64,000 bases of DNA from Phoronis australis (Eukaryota > Animalia > Phoronida). The notes below the pieces were generated by a model that was not told where the DNA came from, searched no databases, and saw only the letters and a list, made by a program, of their open reading frames with translations. A program made the position numbers and the translations under genes. Shown in pieces: positions 1 to 13,831 of the stretch (its first letter is position 1; every line of letters starts with the position of its first letter). The stretch spans positions 56,708 through 120,707 of the forward strand of contig NMRA01000714.1 of NCBI GenBank assembly GCA_002633005.1, read 5' to 3'.

Positions 1-197
1 CACAAACCTTACCTTTGTATGAGGTCGTGCTTACTTCCTCTCATAGAAGCACCCTTTTTACGCAATCTCAGATTCAGTTGGCACGGCTGCAAGCCATTTC
101 ACCATGTATTTAAAGGGCTCGCGAAATCGAGGCTGTTAATCTATCACCACTAGTACACGCACGCCCTCTAGTTATTGTAGATTTTCCGAATAGCCCC
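1..197 (-). mobile_element. End of an ISL2EU-like DNA transposon (third copy; runs off window start)
   Basis: Highly similar to 35480-35676 (direct) and 52671-52866 (inverted); ends AATAGCCCC followed by AT; carries the SAP-like exon remnant on the minus strand. Confidence 0.8.
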
Positions 198-1665
198 ATT
201 GTGGGTCAAGTGACATGCAAATCACATTCAGCCTATTCAGCCTACAAACAGCAATGAATATACACGTGGCTATGAGGCTCCCTGAGCTAACAAACGTGAA
301 GTATCTTGCAGTGGTAATTGGATCCGTCCAAAACTCGTGCTATCCCATTCATGATAGGAACATATCTGCAAAACTTCACGAATTTTCACGTAGAGGTTTT
401 AGAGGTATATCAGATGATGCACAGAGATGGCGGTATAATGCAATCGCATATGATATATGGGAGCATAAATATGTAACTGTCCTGGCAAAAACATTTGTTT
501 TAAAACAGTGACGAAGGACCAATAAGTGTATCCTTTCTCTCGGCAGCTGGCAAAGTGTTCACAGATTTCCCTCAGTTCAGCTAGTTTTAACTTTCCAAGT
601 CATCAAATTACACGAATCTATGACCACAGACATGATAGGATGAACTGACTCGACCATTTCTGCATAGTCCTCTGGTACGCATGTTGTCAAGACAAATTGT
701 CGCAGCGATGACAACCTATTCCACATCAAAGTCTTGCAGGTTGGCTTGTTTCTGCTGGGCTGTAAGCCTTGCTATAGAGGTTGCATGGCAGTTCCTTCTT
801 TAAAGATTGCCTGACATTGCCATTCATCCCGAGAGAGCAACAAGTGATACGTTTTAACGCTATTTGTACATAACTAATAGATGTCACGAGTAAAGCGAGT
901 GTGGCGCAACTAGTCATTCCTCTTTGAACAAGAAAAACTTGTTTCTAATTGTTCGTCAGTCGATCATTGCATATGTGTTTCCAGTAGATTTACCACACAT
1001 TGTAACTGTGCACGGTGTAAAATTCGGCGACATGTGATTTCTGTATTTTAGTTCCTGACCAATTAAATTATCAGTTTTTGGCGTACCATGGTTTGTTGCA
1101 TTAACATTAAAACCATGCCATTATTGTTTGCAACATGGGAGCTTTTTACGATCGATACATACTTTTACATACACCATACAGGTGTGGGTACAGAAAGGAA
1201 TAGTACTTACCCCAATTATAGTAACATGTATGCACAGGAAGTCAGGATAGAGATGCGCCGGAAGGCTGGCGGGGTTCACAATCTCACCAGTAGGTGACAC
1301 ACGTGTCCATTGCTGGGATAGGTTGTTGCTTGACCTGCAACCGGGACCATGGTCGAATGCTAAGCAGCAGGTAATCACATGCGTGATATAGTGGCGAGTG
1401 AGATTGTGACCGTGCCAAAGCTGCAAGTATGTTGTATACTAGACTAACTACGAGGTATGTTCTAATAAATCGAAATACAAGACGTAGTTGTAACATTTTG
1501 CCACATATTATAAAAATAAATGCTCAAAATAACTGGGTAGCAAACCATCTCAGAACTTATTGTCCAGATTTTCCAGGGCAGTTAACGGTGTCAACTTGCC
1601 TGAACCATCCGTACATGGACACCAGGCAGGTTGACAATGTCCCTCGCAGTCTGTAAATTTACTGA

Positions 1666-1816
1666 CGTGCGTTCAGTAGACGCTAGGACCTACGCTAGGA
1701 CCTAACTAAAACGTAGTCAAAGTCACGTGTTCTCATTTATAATGCACGGCAATATCTCACGTAATCTCGCGAAGTCTTGCTTTTTAGCAAGGTCCTAGCG
1801 TTACTGAACGGGAGGC
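1666..1816. mobile_element. ~150-bp MITE
   Basis: Inverted repeats CGTTCAGTA(G)ACGCTAGGACCT / AGGTCCTAGCGTTACTGAACG; near-identical copy at 51285-51435. Confidence 0.75.
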
Positions 1817-3681
1817 TGGTCTATACACTGAAGACTTCCTCCTCAGTCTTGATTGCAGAGCCTGCTCCGATAAGTGCGCCGACGCGATATTGAATAAGCT
1901 AAGCTTGAACGTTTTCATAAATACTGTACTTCTTCGAGATCGCAATGTACCATTTAGCGCTCATAAAATGTTATTTGAGGGTCCGTTCGATGGCCTGAAG
2001 GGTCATATGTTTGGTACGAAGGGCTAAAAGTCTAGATTGAAATCCTCTCAGGCACGAAGGGCCGATAATACGTAGGGCTGGGATTAAAAGCGTCATGACG
2101 CCATTTTCCTCTGATTCACTTAATACACTCATCCTTTTCAGACACGTAACATGAAAATTCAATTAACGTTCGCTACAGACGCTGAACTAAAATGTTAGCT
2201 GATAAAATTACCATCGCACTAGCTACAGCTGTCGTTACCTTGAACAACTCAAAAGGCGTGTCTAAAGCAACGTGCAAAATGAATTATATTCTTGGAAAGT
2301 TAGTCTAACAAAGTAGCGCATTAAAACGATTTGCACAGATAGGATTGTGCGTTTTCCGGCAACAACGCGTATGCCTATATCCAACGCAAGACATGCGCAA
2401 TTACAAAGAACATCCCATGTGTCTACAAGCGAAAATTCCGCGCATCAGTGTGTACGCGAAACATTTGGACAAACATTTTGAATAAAACGAGTATGCAATC
2501 ACAACTGAACCAAACCTTTAGTGTAGGCCTGTAATATGTAAACTGTTTTTAGGTTAGATTGTTTGTGATTTTCGTGGCTTAAAAACACTTACATGTAGTA
2601 GTAAAGGCCTACCCAGTGAAAATGTCAAAACCTTCAAATGACCAAAGGTTGGAGTTGATGCGACAAAATCGATACAAATTGTCGCCCGAGTGCGACAATT
2701 TACTCTATTACATGGTAATGGCACCCCAACAAAGCCTCTACCTTTGATGGTATTGCATGACTGTGTGCTCAAGGCCTGCGTGCACCCCTAAATGAAGTCA
2801 TTTCCGAAACCAAATTTACGAGGAACCCACCCCTTAGATGAGGTGGAAGTGGCAGAGGGATCGGATACGTGGATGCAGAATTCGATTAGCAAGCAAAACA
2901 CGTCTTCATTATCCAAAATGAACGCTCCCGGAAACGTGTCTGGGAACAGGCGTGGCTATCTCCCTCATTCTCATCACCAATCATATCCCAGTTGTTTTTC
3001 GCGCTTAACTTGCTTCAGATTTGTTTTGGGTTTTCTTACAATTTCCCCACCCGACACAAAGGCTACTGTGCCCTGGGGCACAATTTTTGTCGAGTGCGAT
3101 AACACACGTTGATAAAAATAAAAATAATACTACGTCTATTGGCGGTGCTTCTCTTGGTGAACGCAATTCCACAATCCTTTGTGTATTGGAGTTTCAATTT
3201 TCATTTACTACAGTATATCGGCACAAGATTTTCTTTGTATGTACCAAGTGCGGTACTTTCAGACAAAAAAACACAACACTATTTTGTAATTTGGGGCAAT
3301 GTTAAGTGATCATTTATGCTTTCGAAAGCTGAGCTTCGTTTCTTCTGTTTCCCTTACTCGCGGACTCGCTACGTGTTCTCGATTTCCACGGCTTGTTAGG
3401 TGAGCCGACTCGAAGACTAACTGGTCTTGCCACTTGGTGATTACAGAAACAAGGCTCAGTATAGCCTCGATTACGACGACACAATGAGTTATTCAAAATA
3501 ATCTTGGACTGAAAATTATATCGTGACCAGTATTTGCAGAGGCAAAGTGTGAAATTACTCGGGGGGGGCAATTGAAAGATTAATGCCACGCGAGTTTTCT
3601 GAAGCTCACATGCGCTGTGTTCTTCTTTGTGTTAAAATATATTTGTTTTAATTTGGATTGTCTATTGATCTTACAGTCTGC

Positions 3682-4213
3682 ATGTACAACATGGAAGGAA
3701 AGCAAGACTGTCCGTCAAAAGACAATGAATCATTGTCTCATGCAGGGGATGGCGATAAAACTACAGCGACAACTGGCATGAGAATAAAAGACTATATAGA
3801 CAGTGTGCTGGAGTCGGAGGTGATCAGGGAGAAACTTAAGATACCCACCTTTGCAAACAACCAGGCCCCGTCGGAAAAAGACAACGATTGTAATGGTTAC
3901 TCCAAAATGAGGTCTGGTAAAGACCTTTACGGGGGATCTTCTCAGGCGAGGAAGGAACACCCGAGTATAAGCACGCCTGTCAAAGTACAGACACTAATAG
4001 ATCGAGTGGTCGACATGACGCCATCTCTGGGCTCTGAAGCCAAAATTTGCGAAAAAGATGAACTCTACAAATACTCGGAAAGTACTTACGGGCTCTCCAC
4101 GTCTACGGTAGCATCTATGAGTCCTCTAAAGAGTTTGACACTCAGGTTGAAGGCGCAGAAAGGAGATATGCCGTCAACGCGCAACACGAACACATCTTAC
4201 GGATTCCTTACTG
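3682..4213 (+). CDS. First coding exon of C2H2 zinc-finger/PxDLS protein
   Basis: Open frame MYNMEGKQD...GFLT; acceptor TTACAG ending 3676; donor CTG|GTAAG at 4214 (phase 1), matching the phase-1 acceptor ending 9669. Confidence 0.75.
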
Positions 4214-4669
4214 GTAAGCAAAGCTAAAAGGGCGTTTTCAGTTAATGAGAAATGTATTTTAGTTTTGCAAGAAAGTATCGATTGTCATTGGTTCAGTGGA
4301 GTTCTCTTGTGTTATTCCCACGCACTTGACCCACTCTCCGGCGTGCGCTGGATCAGCCATACTAAAATCCAACATCTCCGACAATACACGCATGGGTACT
4401 AGATACTGAGATAGCTTCTCTCGATCATTTTTTGACTGTGATACGCTCATGATTACTTGATTGGATCTTTCAGCAATTGTGGAGTGGGGGCGTAAAACCA
4501 AATTTTGCGTTAAATAAAACATTGCAGGTGGCCTGATGTCATTTGCTGTGCATCAGACGTGCGCAGGTTTCATGGTTAGGAACATTGCACCAATCATCTG
4601 AGCTAAAAGCAGGAGAGTCCCGTTATGGTTCTTCGTGAAGGACGTTTTCAAGTTTGTCGTCTCCTTTAA

Positions 4670-6134
4670 AGGCGAAGGCAACTTTTTTTAGTGTCATTTT
4701 TAGCAAAAATAAGTTTCGTTGATTATCCCAGACATATTTTTCACTTGATTACGACTTTTCGTAATTTAATTCATTACTCGTCCTCTACTCCGGAAGTGAC
4801 GTCTTGGGAGGCAAGAATTTCGCGACAGTGTCTTTTTTATATAGTCTGACAAAGAGCTGTCGAGTTAGTCATTGTTCTACCTCGGTTGTGATAAGTTCAG
4901 TCATCGTTTGATTTTCTTTGCTGCGTACCGGGATGTACTCATTATCGTCTCATGCGCGCTTTGGGAGTAACTTTGTATCGCTTTCTGAAGGATGACACAC
5001 TTCGCCGTACTTGGCTTGTTCGTGTAAAGAACGCAGCGTTACCCGTCCACGCAACGCTCAAAACAGTGGAGGGTTATCGAGTGTGTAGCAAGCATTTTCT
5101 GCCGTCAGATTACGAGAGAGATATGTACGCTGAATTGATGAAGGTCACTGCAAAACAACGCCTGAAGAAGGGTGCCATGCCATCGCTGTTGATTCCTGGC
5201 AGTGCCCGTCGCCACCCCCGAGAAGTGCGTTTTTGAAGCGAGAAGCCTCGCGAGCTGTGGCCACTACAGTGACTGGAGGCACTTCATCTACTGTCACCCG
5301 TGTCTCCGAATGTACCCCAGAGCCTACATTTCCGGGAACTAGCAGTGATTCACCCTGTACAGTTGTCTCTTGCCCAGAGCCTGTAAGCAGCCCTGCAGCG
5401 ATGTTGAGTAACGGGAGTGAATAGAGGCCCAGTTTGACACCCAGTGAAGAGGACATTTCGTCGTGTAATGAACAGATCGGTGAGCCAAACTTTGATAAGT
5501 TAATTGTGGACTTGTCTAAAGTATTGGAACTATTTAGAAAGGGCCATGTGGCTGGCGAGGGCGTCACGCGGCGGGATGTAAGTAGTTTGGGTTCTCAGGT
5601 CACCATCCAGTGGGATTGTGTCGCGGGACACTCGGGCATGTACGACAGTTGTGCCTGTGCGTACTCTGCCTCATTATACTCGGACTCAAACATATACCCC
5701 CCACTGACTACCCGTGAAAAAATTTCTCGTCACCACTGAACAGTGTCTCCGTTACTCACGTCACTACCGTCACTGTGATATGGGTCACCGACTCCAGCCA
5801 TTTTCAGGTAACTACAAACTAAATAATCCCTAAATCCAACGTAATTAAGTTCTCTAAAAACCTAGCTTGTGGTAGAATACTCGTCAATGGAAAGTGATGA
5901 CCACAATTTTACAAAAACAGCACGAAAACAAAAGTAGTACATTTCCTCACAGTAAATTCAATGCAGAACCAAATTGGCGCGAAATTCTTGCCTCCCAAAA
6001 CGTCACTTCCGGAGTAGAAGACGAGTAATTAATTAAAATATGAAAACCTAGAATTACGTGAAAAATATGCCAGGGATAATCAACGAACCTTATTTTTGCT
6101 TAAAAGGACACAAAAAGGTAACTTGCCTTTGCCT
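4670..6134 (+). mobile_element. Kolobok-like non-autonomous DNA transposon with THAP remnant (intronic)
   Basis: TTAA on both sides (4666-4669, 6135-6138); ~160-bp imperfect TIRs starting AGGCGAAGGCAAC; THAP domain inside. Confidence 0.85.
4919..5236 (+). pseudogene. THAP zinc-finger domain (truncated transposase N-terminus)
   Basis: CCVPGC...LYRFLKD...RTWL...RVCSKHF...LKKGAMPS fits the C2CH THAP signature with an AVPT-like box; no catalytic domain follows. Confidence 0.85.
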
Positions 6135-6169
6135 TTAAGAAAACTGACAGACGTTTCCATTTGTTCCCA

Positions 6170-9000
6170 TGCACTATTGTCGGCATGTACATGTAACAGT
6201 GCCGTCCAATAGATTGCTCCTTAGCCTATAAAAAGCTGGGTAAGACTCTACCAGGTGTTTAGGGGTTTCGACGTCAGTACCACACTCGAGACACACTGGG
6301 CTCCCCATATACCCAGTTATGTGTCTGTGACGGGCTAGGTTACAGTGGCACGTCAAAATCTGAATGACTTGTCTTCAAGCCTATCTTAACGGTATCAACA
6401 GTGAATTTGGTTACTACAGTATGTTAAGAGCATCGCTTTGAGCCCACCAGTGTTATAAATTGCCAAATGTAATGAATTGTAAGGCGTTTAGACTTCCTTT
6501 TGTATACGTCACCGTGAGAATAACCTTTTAATTCAAAACAGATGAGAATAACACTCGCACACAATGGTGTTCTATTCAGACCCCTGTTCAATACAACTGT
6601 TATCGACCTTTTGTTGTTTGTGCTGGGATCTCGCAGTGACGCAACATGACACGAAAACGCCGCTTCAGTTTTAATTTGACGGGCTTACATTTTCATCATT
6701 GAACTTGCGTTTTCTTATTTTACTGAGGCCTTGCTAGGACTATCTCGTTCTACCAATACATCAAAAATAACAAAATTCCGTTGAAGTTAGGCTTTAAGCC
6801 CAATATATCAAGACTCAGAACGTTTTTTGAATCTTTTGGTTTGATCACATTGGGAAAATTCTTGGTCTCTCTGCAGTGATGCCCACTGGGCTGCCGACAG
6901 TGTATGTACCCTGTTGTGTATACTCATCCTGCAGCATTCGCAGGATACCGGAATAGCAGGTTCAGGTACACAATGCAGAACGCTAGCTTCTATCTTTGCG
7001 AATCTGTCTGCATTCTCATTGCTTTCATTTCCCACATGGGCCCTGACCCAGCGTATATTGACGGTTCAATTGCAAGGTTGTTAAGCTCTTTAATGCAAGC
7101 ATTAACACAACGAGAGTTGACCCTTGGCTTCCTTAGAGTTTTTATTGCTGCTTGGCTATCTGAAAAGATAGTAATTGGTCGATTTCTCAGCTCGGTGTTA
7201 CATTGTCTTGCCATTTGAGCTGCTCTGTTAATTCTAGTGATCTCAGCCTGGAACACCGTGGCAAGCGATATCCAGTTTTCTGCATCTACAACAGGAAGGT
7301 TTGGAAAATAGATTCCACCACCTGTCTGGCCATTTTCCAGTTTAGAATCATCCGCATGACAAACCACCAAATTCGTGCGTTCTGCGATAGGCCATCTATC
7401 ATCAATTTCCGTGAAGTAATTGTTTGTATGATTTAAAGCTGTGATCTGGACATCACTAGGCATGTTCCATAGTTGCCCAGTTTTGGCCATTAGCTTAATG
7501 CACAGGTTCCTGTGGCTTCTGTGTAAAACGGAATCAGAGATGTGAGTTTTCACCCACTGACCATTATATCTGAGACGAAGTGCAACACATGGAGCTTCAC
7601 CCTCAAGGTATATGTACAGTGGTGATAGACCGATTAGCCTCTTTCTAGGGCAGCAGAAGGCGTTCCTGGAAAGCAGAGGTAATGCATAAACAAGCTAGAT
7701 TTTGCAGCTGATTAAGTTTGTTGGTCATTCTAATCTGTTTTAAGGCTGCTACCCATGCTGAGGCAGCATAAGACATTTTAGGTCAGGTAACAGCAGTATA
7801 AATCCAAAACATATGCTTGGGAGACATTCCGCAAGCTATACCCACCGCACGACTGCATTTCAACAGTCCAGTTTTGGCTTTCGATATTTTTTTCTGTAAT
7901 AAGCGGGGTCCAGAAAAGACGATGGTGTAAAATGACACCAATTAATTTCTAAGCCAACTGACTTGGCCCACGTGGCTGTTGTATTCAGTACTCCTTGAGC
8001 GAGACAACGCATGTGTCAGGATCGATGCACTGAGAATAATATCATCTGTATAGGCTTGAACATACAAGCTCGGACCCATGTCAGCCGATAATTGTCGAAA
8101 TAGACCATCCATAACCATGTTGAAGAGGGTGGGGAGGCAGCGCTGCTCTGAGGTGTTCCCCTGGTGATGCCAACCGCCAAACTTACATTCTCTAGACAAG
8201 CAGTCACAGATTGACTTCTGAACATGTTAATGATCCACCTGGTAAGACACCTATTCGTTTTAAAGGGGTTTAGTGCAACTCAGATCGCGTCGTGCTTAAT
8301 ATTGCTGAAAGCACCAACAAGGTCAATGAAGGCGTACAGGGCAAATTGTTTACTAAAATCCGCCCCTTCCAGTCTAGCAACCAGATGACGTAGAGCGATC
8401 TCCGTTGAGAAGCCTGGTCTGTACTCATACTGGTTGTTCTGAAGTTTGGTCTGCATATCTTTTTTTATGAAGATGCCACACAATGAACCTTTCCAGTCCT
8501 TTGAGAAGGAAGGGTGTTAAGGTTACATAACTATGTGATTCAGCCAAAAGGTACGAGTTCTTCCTTGGTTTAAGAATGAAGACTACGCTAGCTTCAGTCC
8601 AAGTCTTGGGCATACAACCTAGTCCAAGACAGGCTTTGTAGGTCTCTGTAAGTACATGAAATAATGGTATCGCAGCCTCTTGCAGTATTTTTGGATATAT
8701 CATGTTTAGTTCTTGGGGGCTTCCGTTTTTTAAATGACTTTAGAGCCAACTCAACGAGATGTGGTGTGACTGTTTTCAACATCAGCGTAAGCTAGTGGTT
8801 TACACTGCTCAGAGTCCTTCACTTCAGAACATTGACTCGACAGGTTTACACTATCAGGATGATGCTTACCTATCATGACTTTGAGTGTTTCCTCAGTGTG
8901 TGTATGAGTCATCCTCTTTTTGAATGACATCGAGTCTTGAGTAGTGGCCCTTCTTAAGCAATTTTTTGTGTTAGCCCTAAGTCAATTTCACGAAACAGAT
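6170..9000 (-). mobile_element. Degenerate non-LTR retrotransposon (RT + RNase H + CCHC; LOA/R1/I-like), intronic and antisense
   Basis: Frameshifted fragments IYPKILQE, VVFILKPRK, LTPFLLKGLER, GTPQ, QAYTDD (RT); TVFQAEI, IFSDSQAAIKTL, GNENADRFAK (RNase H); CLECG..ETPKHL (knuckle); boundaries approximate. Confidence 0.9.
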
Positions 9001-9669
9001 TCCCGAGACATTACCCCTATTTAACATGCCTGTCTTAGGACGGGCTGTAACAAGTCCTCAAATCATACAATAGGGAAGTTGGTGTAGTGTGCACTCCACC
9101 AAGATACATGTACAGACTTGTGTTCCGAGGCCCAGAGAGTGTTCCGGTGGCCCAGAGAGAGTTCCGTAGACCTGGATTCGCGCGAAAAAAAGCGAGATCT
9201 CCCAAGACTATGCAAAATCACGCGACTGAATAGCGAGTGTGCCCAAGGGATTACTATCGTGCCATAGCAAAATGTCGGCCACTGAAGTGATTGGTCGGGG
9301 AGGTTTCGGTGGTAATTCTTTGGATTGGGTTTAGTGTTTCCGATTCAAAAGGGAAGACATTTCCACGCGAGTGCAAGCTAATTTCCACATTACCGCCTTC
9401 CTGGCCAATCACATCAGTGGTAGTTTTTTGCTAGTAATGTATCTAGTTTAATAGCAAAACACTCGCCCTTTACTCGTGTGATAACCGTGTCATTGCGTGA
9501 TGTCGCTTTTCTTGCAAAAACGTGCTCTCGGAACTCACACCAAACGCCATGCTTTGTATACTTTCTGAGCTAACACGAAATCTTGCACAGTTAATATTAA
9601 CTCAGTATTTTGCAAAGTTTCTTGTCGATGATAGAGTGTTTATAGCAATTTCCTTGCCATTCGTTCCAG

Positions 9670-12392
9670 AAACAAAACCGCGCAGTCAGCCTGCTGGCAT
9701 TTTAAACGTGTCGGCTGAACTCCAACAACAAGATCTTGCTCCAGCAGTAACACATTCCGCGCTTAATACCGTTTACTCGAGGCCTACAGTGCACACAAGG
9801 CCTACAAATTTGAAATCAAAGTCGGCGACTCTCCAGTTCCGCTTCAAAACTGCACATCAACACTGCTATGGAGAACCCGGATTTAGGGTTAGTAGCGTAC
9901 AACATGGCCGTGTTCAAAGGTGGCACAATTGTCCACAAGTAGTCGCACCTGTGCCCGGAGTGTTTCAAAAGTACGAGGACACCAAGAAAGAGATTCCCAT
10001 CCGGATGCAAAATGACCCACCTATTGTTAGACTCATGTCGTTGAATGAAATGACAAAGATACATGGTGGTTTCCCAAGTGCTAATATACATTACCTGCCT
10101 CAAGAAATGGATCGCGGACATGAAGAGCCGTTAAATTTGAAGAAAGAAGTGCCTTTAGACTTATCTCTAAAGAAAAAAGACGATAACGTTGTAGTAATGG
10201 AAGACGGTGTTCTTGATTTGTCAAAGAAGTCGCCAAAACTTAACCCACACGAAGGACACAATCGTCTTAGCAAAGCCATTCCTCAACCTGATGCCAGGTC
10301 GTACAGATTGCCTGCATGCTCACCTATTAATAGGTTTGTCTCGACAATCACTTACAACGCTAGACCATATTGTACGAATACAGCGCAACAGAATATGCTT
10401 AATCCTTTACTTACCAACGCTGTTGTTCGACCGGTCGCCCACCAGCAAGCGCCACCACCGCAACCCTACCACATAGTAAGGGACAGACAATCGACTACGA
10501 GCTTGATTGGACACTTGAATCCATCAGACATCTTGTACTTACATTGCAACCATTGTCAGTCCTTCTATGGAAGCGTCTACTCGTTCAAGAAACACTTCTG
10601 GAATATTCATGGCTCGCGACCTACTCCTGCGGATGTCCGCATACAGACAATAGCTGAAACAAAGAATCACTTTGGAATTAATGACAATGAAGATGGCACG
10701 GGTAACTTGAGACCTCTTTCCGCCCGTTGCGTAGCTAGGACAACACCACCATATGCACTGGATAACAGTCGAAGTAACAACCGAGATGAGCCTGGTCAAG
10801 TAGACATGTCTCCTGCAGTCGTGTACCAGTGCCGCTACTGCGGGAAGCAATTTCCCCTTAGTGAACAGGTGGAATTTACTGATCACGTGGCAGGTCACGA
10901 AAGTAAGCGAACTAAAGAATGGGTCTGCTTTTCGTGCAAAACGAGCTGTAAGACACAGATGTTGCTGGCCGATCATATGCTGGAGCATCAAGACCTTCTT
11001 CAACATTATTGCGTTCGCTGCTGCCTAGCTTTCCGCGCAAATAGTGTGCTCAAAACTCACCAGTGTCTCTGCAAAAACGGTGGAGCCAACAAAACACCTA
11101 TTGTTAGCAATGTTCTGGACGAGAACAAAGAGTATAACACCAGTAACAGAAGTGAAAACAAATCTCCGGGTACTCAATATGGAGACCATGTGACAGACCA
11201 ATGCTCGAACGACAAGGGGATTCACCCTGCGCAGAATAGCAGTCGAATCGAGCTCGCTACAAGTTTCCATGCAAAACTGTGTGCTTCCATTGAATTTGAA
11301 TTTCATAATGAAGTTTCAAAAGTTGCAAAGGACGGCAAAATAGAATATTCAAAAACAAAGGAAAACGAAGTGACGAGCAAAACTGATTCGGCTACCGTAG
11401 GCTCTGTTACTGAAGCTGAGAGTAAACAATTGTCAAGCAAATCTTTGGCGACAGACAGAAACCGAGCTAACATAAGTCCAGAACAAGTGGTGCCACTTAG
11501 TGTGCCATCTGAAACTGTTCTTGGTGATGCATACGACGAGAGCCCGAAACCGGGTGTAGCTAACAGCGATCCAGGTTATAGTCTCTGCCGTCTTCCGAGG
11601 GAAACTGAAGGCATTTTAGCTAATCAGATTTCCAAATCAAAAATAGAGGACAAACCTAAAGAAATCATCTCAACGCGAAGCTCGAGCACTTATGACACCT
11701 CAATGGATATTCATATTGACTGTGAGACTACTTCCCTTTTGGAAAATCGTGATGCAGGTAACTTGAAGGAAAGCACCAATGCTTTACCAGCATACATACA
11801 TAGAATTGGAGCGTGTCCACCGACAACCGATAATGAAAAGCTTGAAAGTAAACCATGTTTTCTGGAAAAATGGCGCCTATCAGAAACGCATAATAACAGC
11901 GACCAGGATATAGACAATTACATGGAACGAGATCAAAATGATAGAGTAAGACAATCTCGTAGTAACGATGAAGATTATGACATTAGTCAGGAGGAAAGAG
12001 GCAATCGGGATTACGGCGAGTTTAAGAGCTGTATCCAATCCAACCAAAGTGAAACAGAAATTGTTAAACCAAATGCCGAATTGCAAGACAGTGCGTGTGA
12101 ATCTTATTCTAGAAGTGACCAGGAACATATTCTTTCTGGTTTAACAACGTCTGCCCTTGCGAGTTGGGACGATAATCAGTCGGTGACTTCGATTTCCGGT
12201 GGAAGGGTCGAAGATGAGCTTGGCGCGTCAACACAACAGACTACTTCCCCTAAAAACGAAAAAGAACGGTGCACCAAAGAAAAACTAAACTCTAAACTTC
12301 TGAAAAGAAACAAAAGTGAAGATAACTCGTCGCTACCAGAGAAGAAGATGAGGCCTTGTAGAGTCGAGCTGGAAAAATTGACTGATTATTAA
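9670..12392 (+). CDS. Large terminal exon of C2H2 zinc-finger putative transcriptional repressor (spliced product ~1084 aa)
   Basis: 2.87-kb stop-free ORF; acceptor TTCCAG ending 9669; fingers HCNHC..KHFWNIH, QCRYC..DHVAGH, VCFSC..DHMLEH, YCVRC..THQC; motifs PLNLK, PLDLS, VLDLS; C-terminal RPCRVELEKL. Confidence 0.9.
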
Positions 12393-12440
12393 TCAGGTTC
12401 TGATGAGTCAATATTTTGCTCAAGGCTATATTGTTTTCAG

Positions 12441-13831
12441 GGCCCGGTCTCCAATCTCCGTACTCAGACTCGAATCATGCTCAAACTCACACTTCATACT
12501 CAACTCGAGTACAGACTCAGCTTTGGTGTATTCAATGTCATACTTGAAAAATCTGTACTCGAAATTTCGAGCACGTACTCAGTTTTCGAGTGTACTCGAA
12601 CTGAAGTGTATCTCATCTATATTTCGAGTACGATTTTGAGTAAAAATTTGGAGTCTATGCTCAAATTTCAAGTTTGGTATGGCAGTGTGCTTGAAATCGT
12701 ACTCGAAAATAAGTACGAGCCAGAGAACAAAATATCGAAAGGGAACCAAGAAACACCGCAAATCTAAAAAAATAAATCCTTTTACCGTATCTCGGCACTT
12801 CAATTTCAGTTCAGAGACGAAAGTTTTCATCTTAAATGTTCTTATTCTTCACCTTATTAACCCGCCGTATCACTGTATGTTATGGCCGCCATTCTACCTC
12901 TACAATTCCTGGCAACAGGCGCATTGTAATCCCTTGTCGGCGAGTCATAACAAGCGTCGAAAGCAGTTGTGGGAAAAGTCGTGTGAGAAGTTTGTGCTGC
13001 CCTTATTTCGGTATGTGTGCCTACGTTTTGTAGGGTTTCCAAAAGACGAGGAGGGGAGGGAAGTTAAAAAAAGTTCGCTTCCCTGTCAGGTACATTTCTC
13101 ATCATAACTTAGTCATCTATAATTCCTCAATCCCCAAATGGAATTCCAGATTTTGTTTGCCGATTTCTAAGTAGACGTCTCGTCCCGTTCACTGCCACTG
13201 GTGAACTCTGAATGCCTGCACAAGTATTGTTTTTTAACTCACGTGCCAAATGTCAACTCACTTGATACATCCCGGTAAAATACAAAGATACAGTATCAAA
13301 GTTTGACATCAGCGTAGGCCTACACAGCAATGGGTTTTATGTCAAGACTAAATTAGCAACAGAGATGTGATGTGATAAGCTGTTTCAAATTTCTTTTAAA
13401 AGACGTTTTCGGGACTGGGTGAGGAACTCAAGAAGTGAAGCTTAATAATTGCCAAATGTATCAAAGAAATGGCATAAGAATATTTATTGAAACTAAAAAA
13501 TGAATAACAGTTACAGAACACTCAGAATTCCACGTTATAGACATACTGTTGTAGTTGTAGCGACAGCAGACGATAATGTAGGCCTAGTTCTTGGGGTGGT
13601 CTATTCCAATAGGGAGCGATGAATCAGCGCGGCTTTGCGTGATTTTGCATTTCACATCATAAAGAGTTCCATAGCAACTCGAGTATGAGTGTCAGATTTG
13701 AGTACGTTTGGAGTCTACTTGAAATACGACATTAGATACGCTTTTTTGAGTACGACTCCAGTGAGCACGATTTTGAGTATGAAATCTCGAGTATGAGTAT
13801 GAGTCTGAGTACGGAGATTGGAGACCGGGCC
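12441..13831 (+). mobile_element. PIF/Harbinger deletion derivative inserted 48 bp after the zinc-finger stop codon
   Basis: Perfect 31-bp TIR GGCCCGGTCTCCAATCTCCGTACTCAGACTC; 3-bp TSD CAG; subterminal GTACTC/GAGTAC repeats; HARBI1-like remnant QFLATG..SLVGES..SKAVVGKVV.EVCAAL..VGFP at ~12900-13090. Confidence 0.9.

Noticed and set aside
215-1656. Short ORFs as host exons
   Set aside because: No recognisable domain or consistent splice chain
9522-9669. Track start of the 956-aa ORF
   Set aside because: Non-ATG start; the sequence lies upstream of a phase-matched acceptor and is intronic in the preferred model
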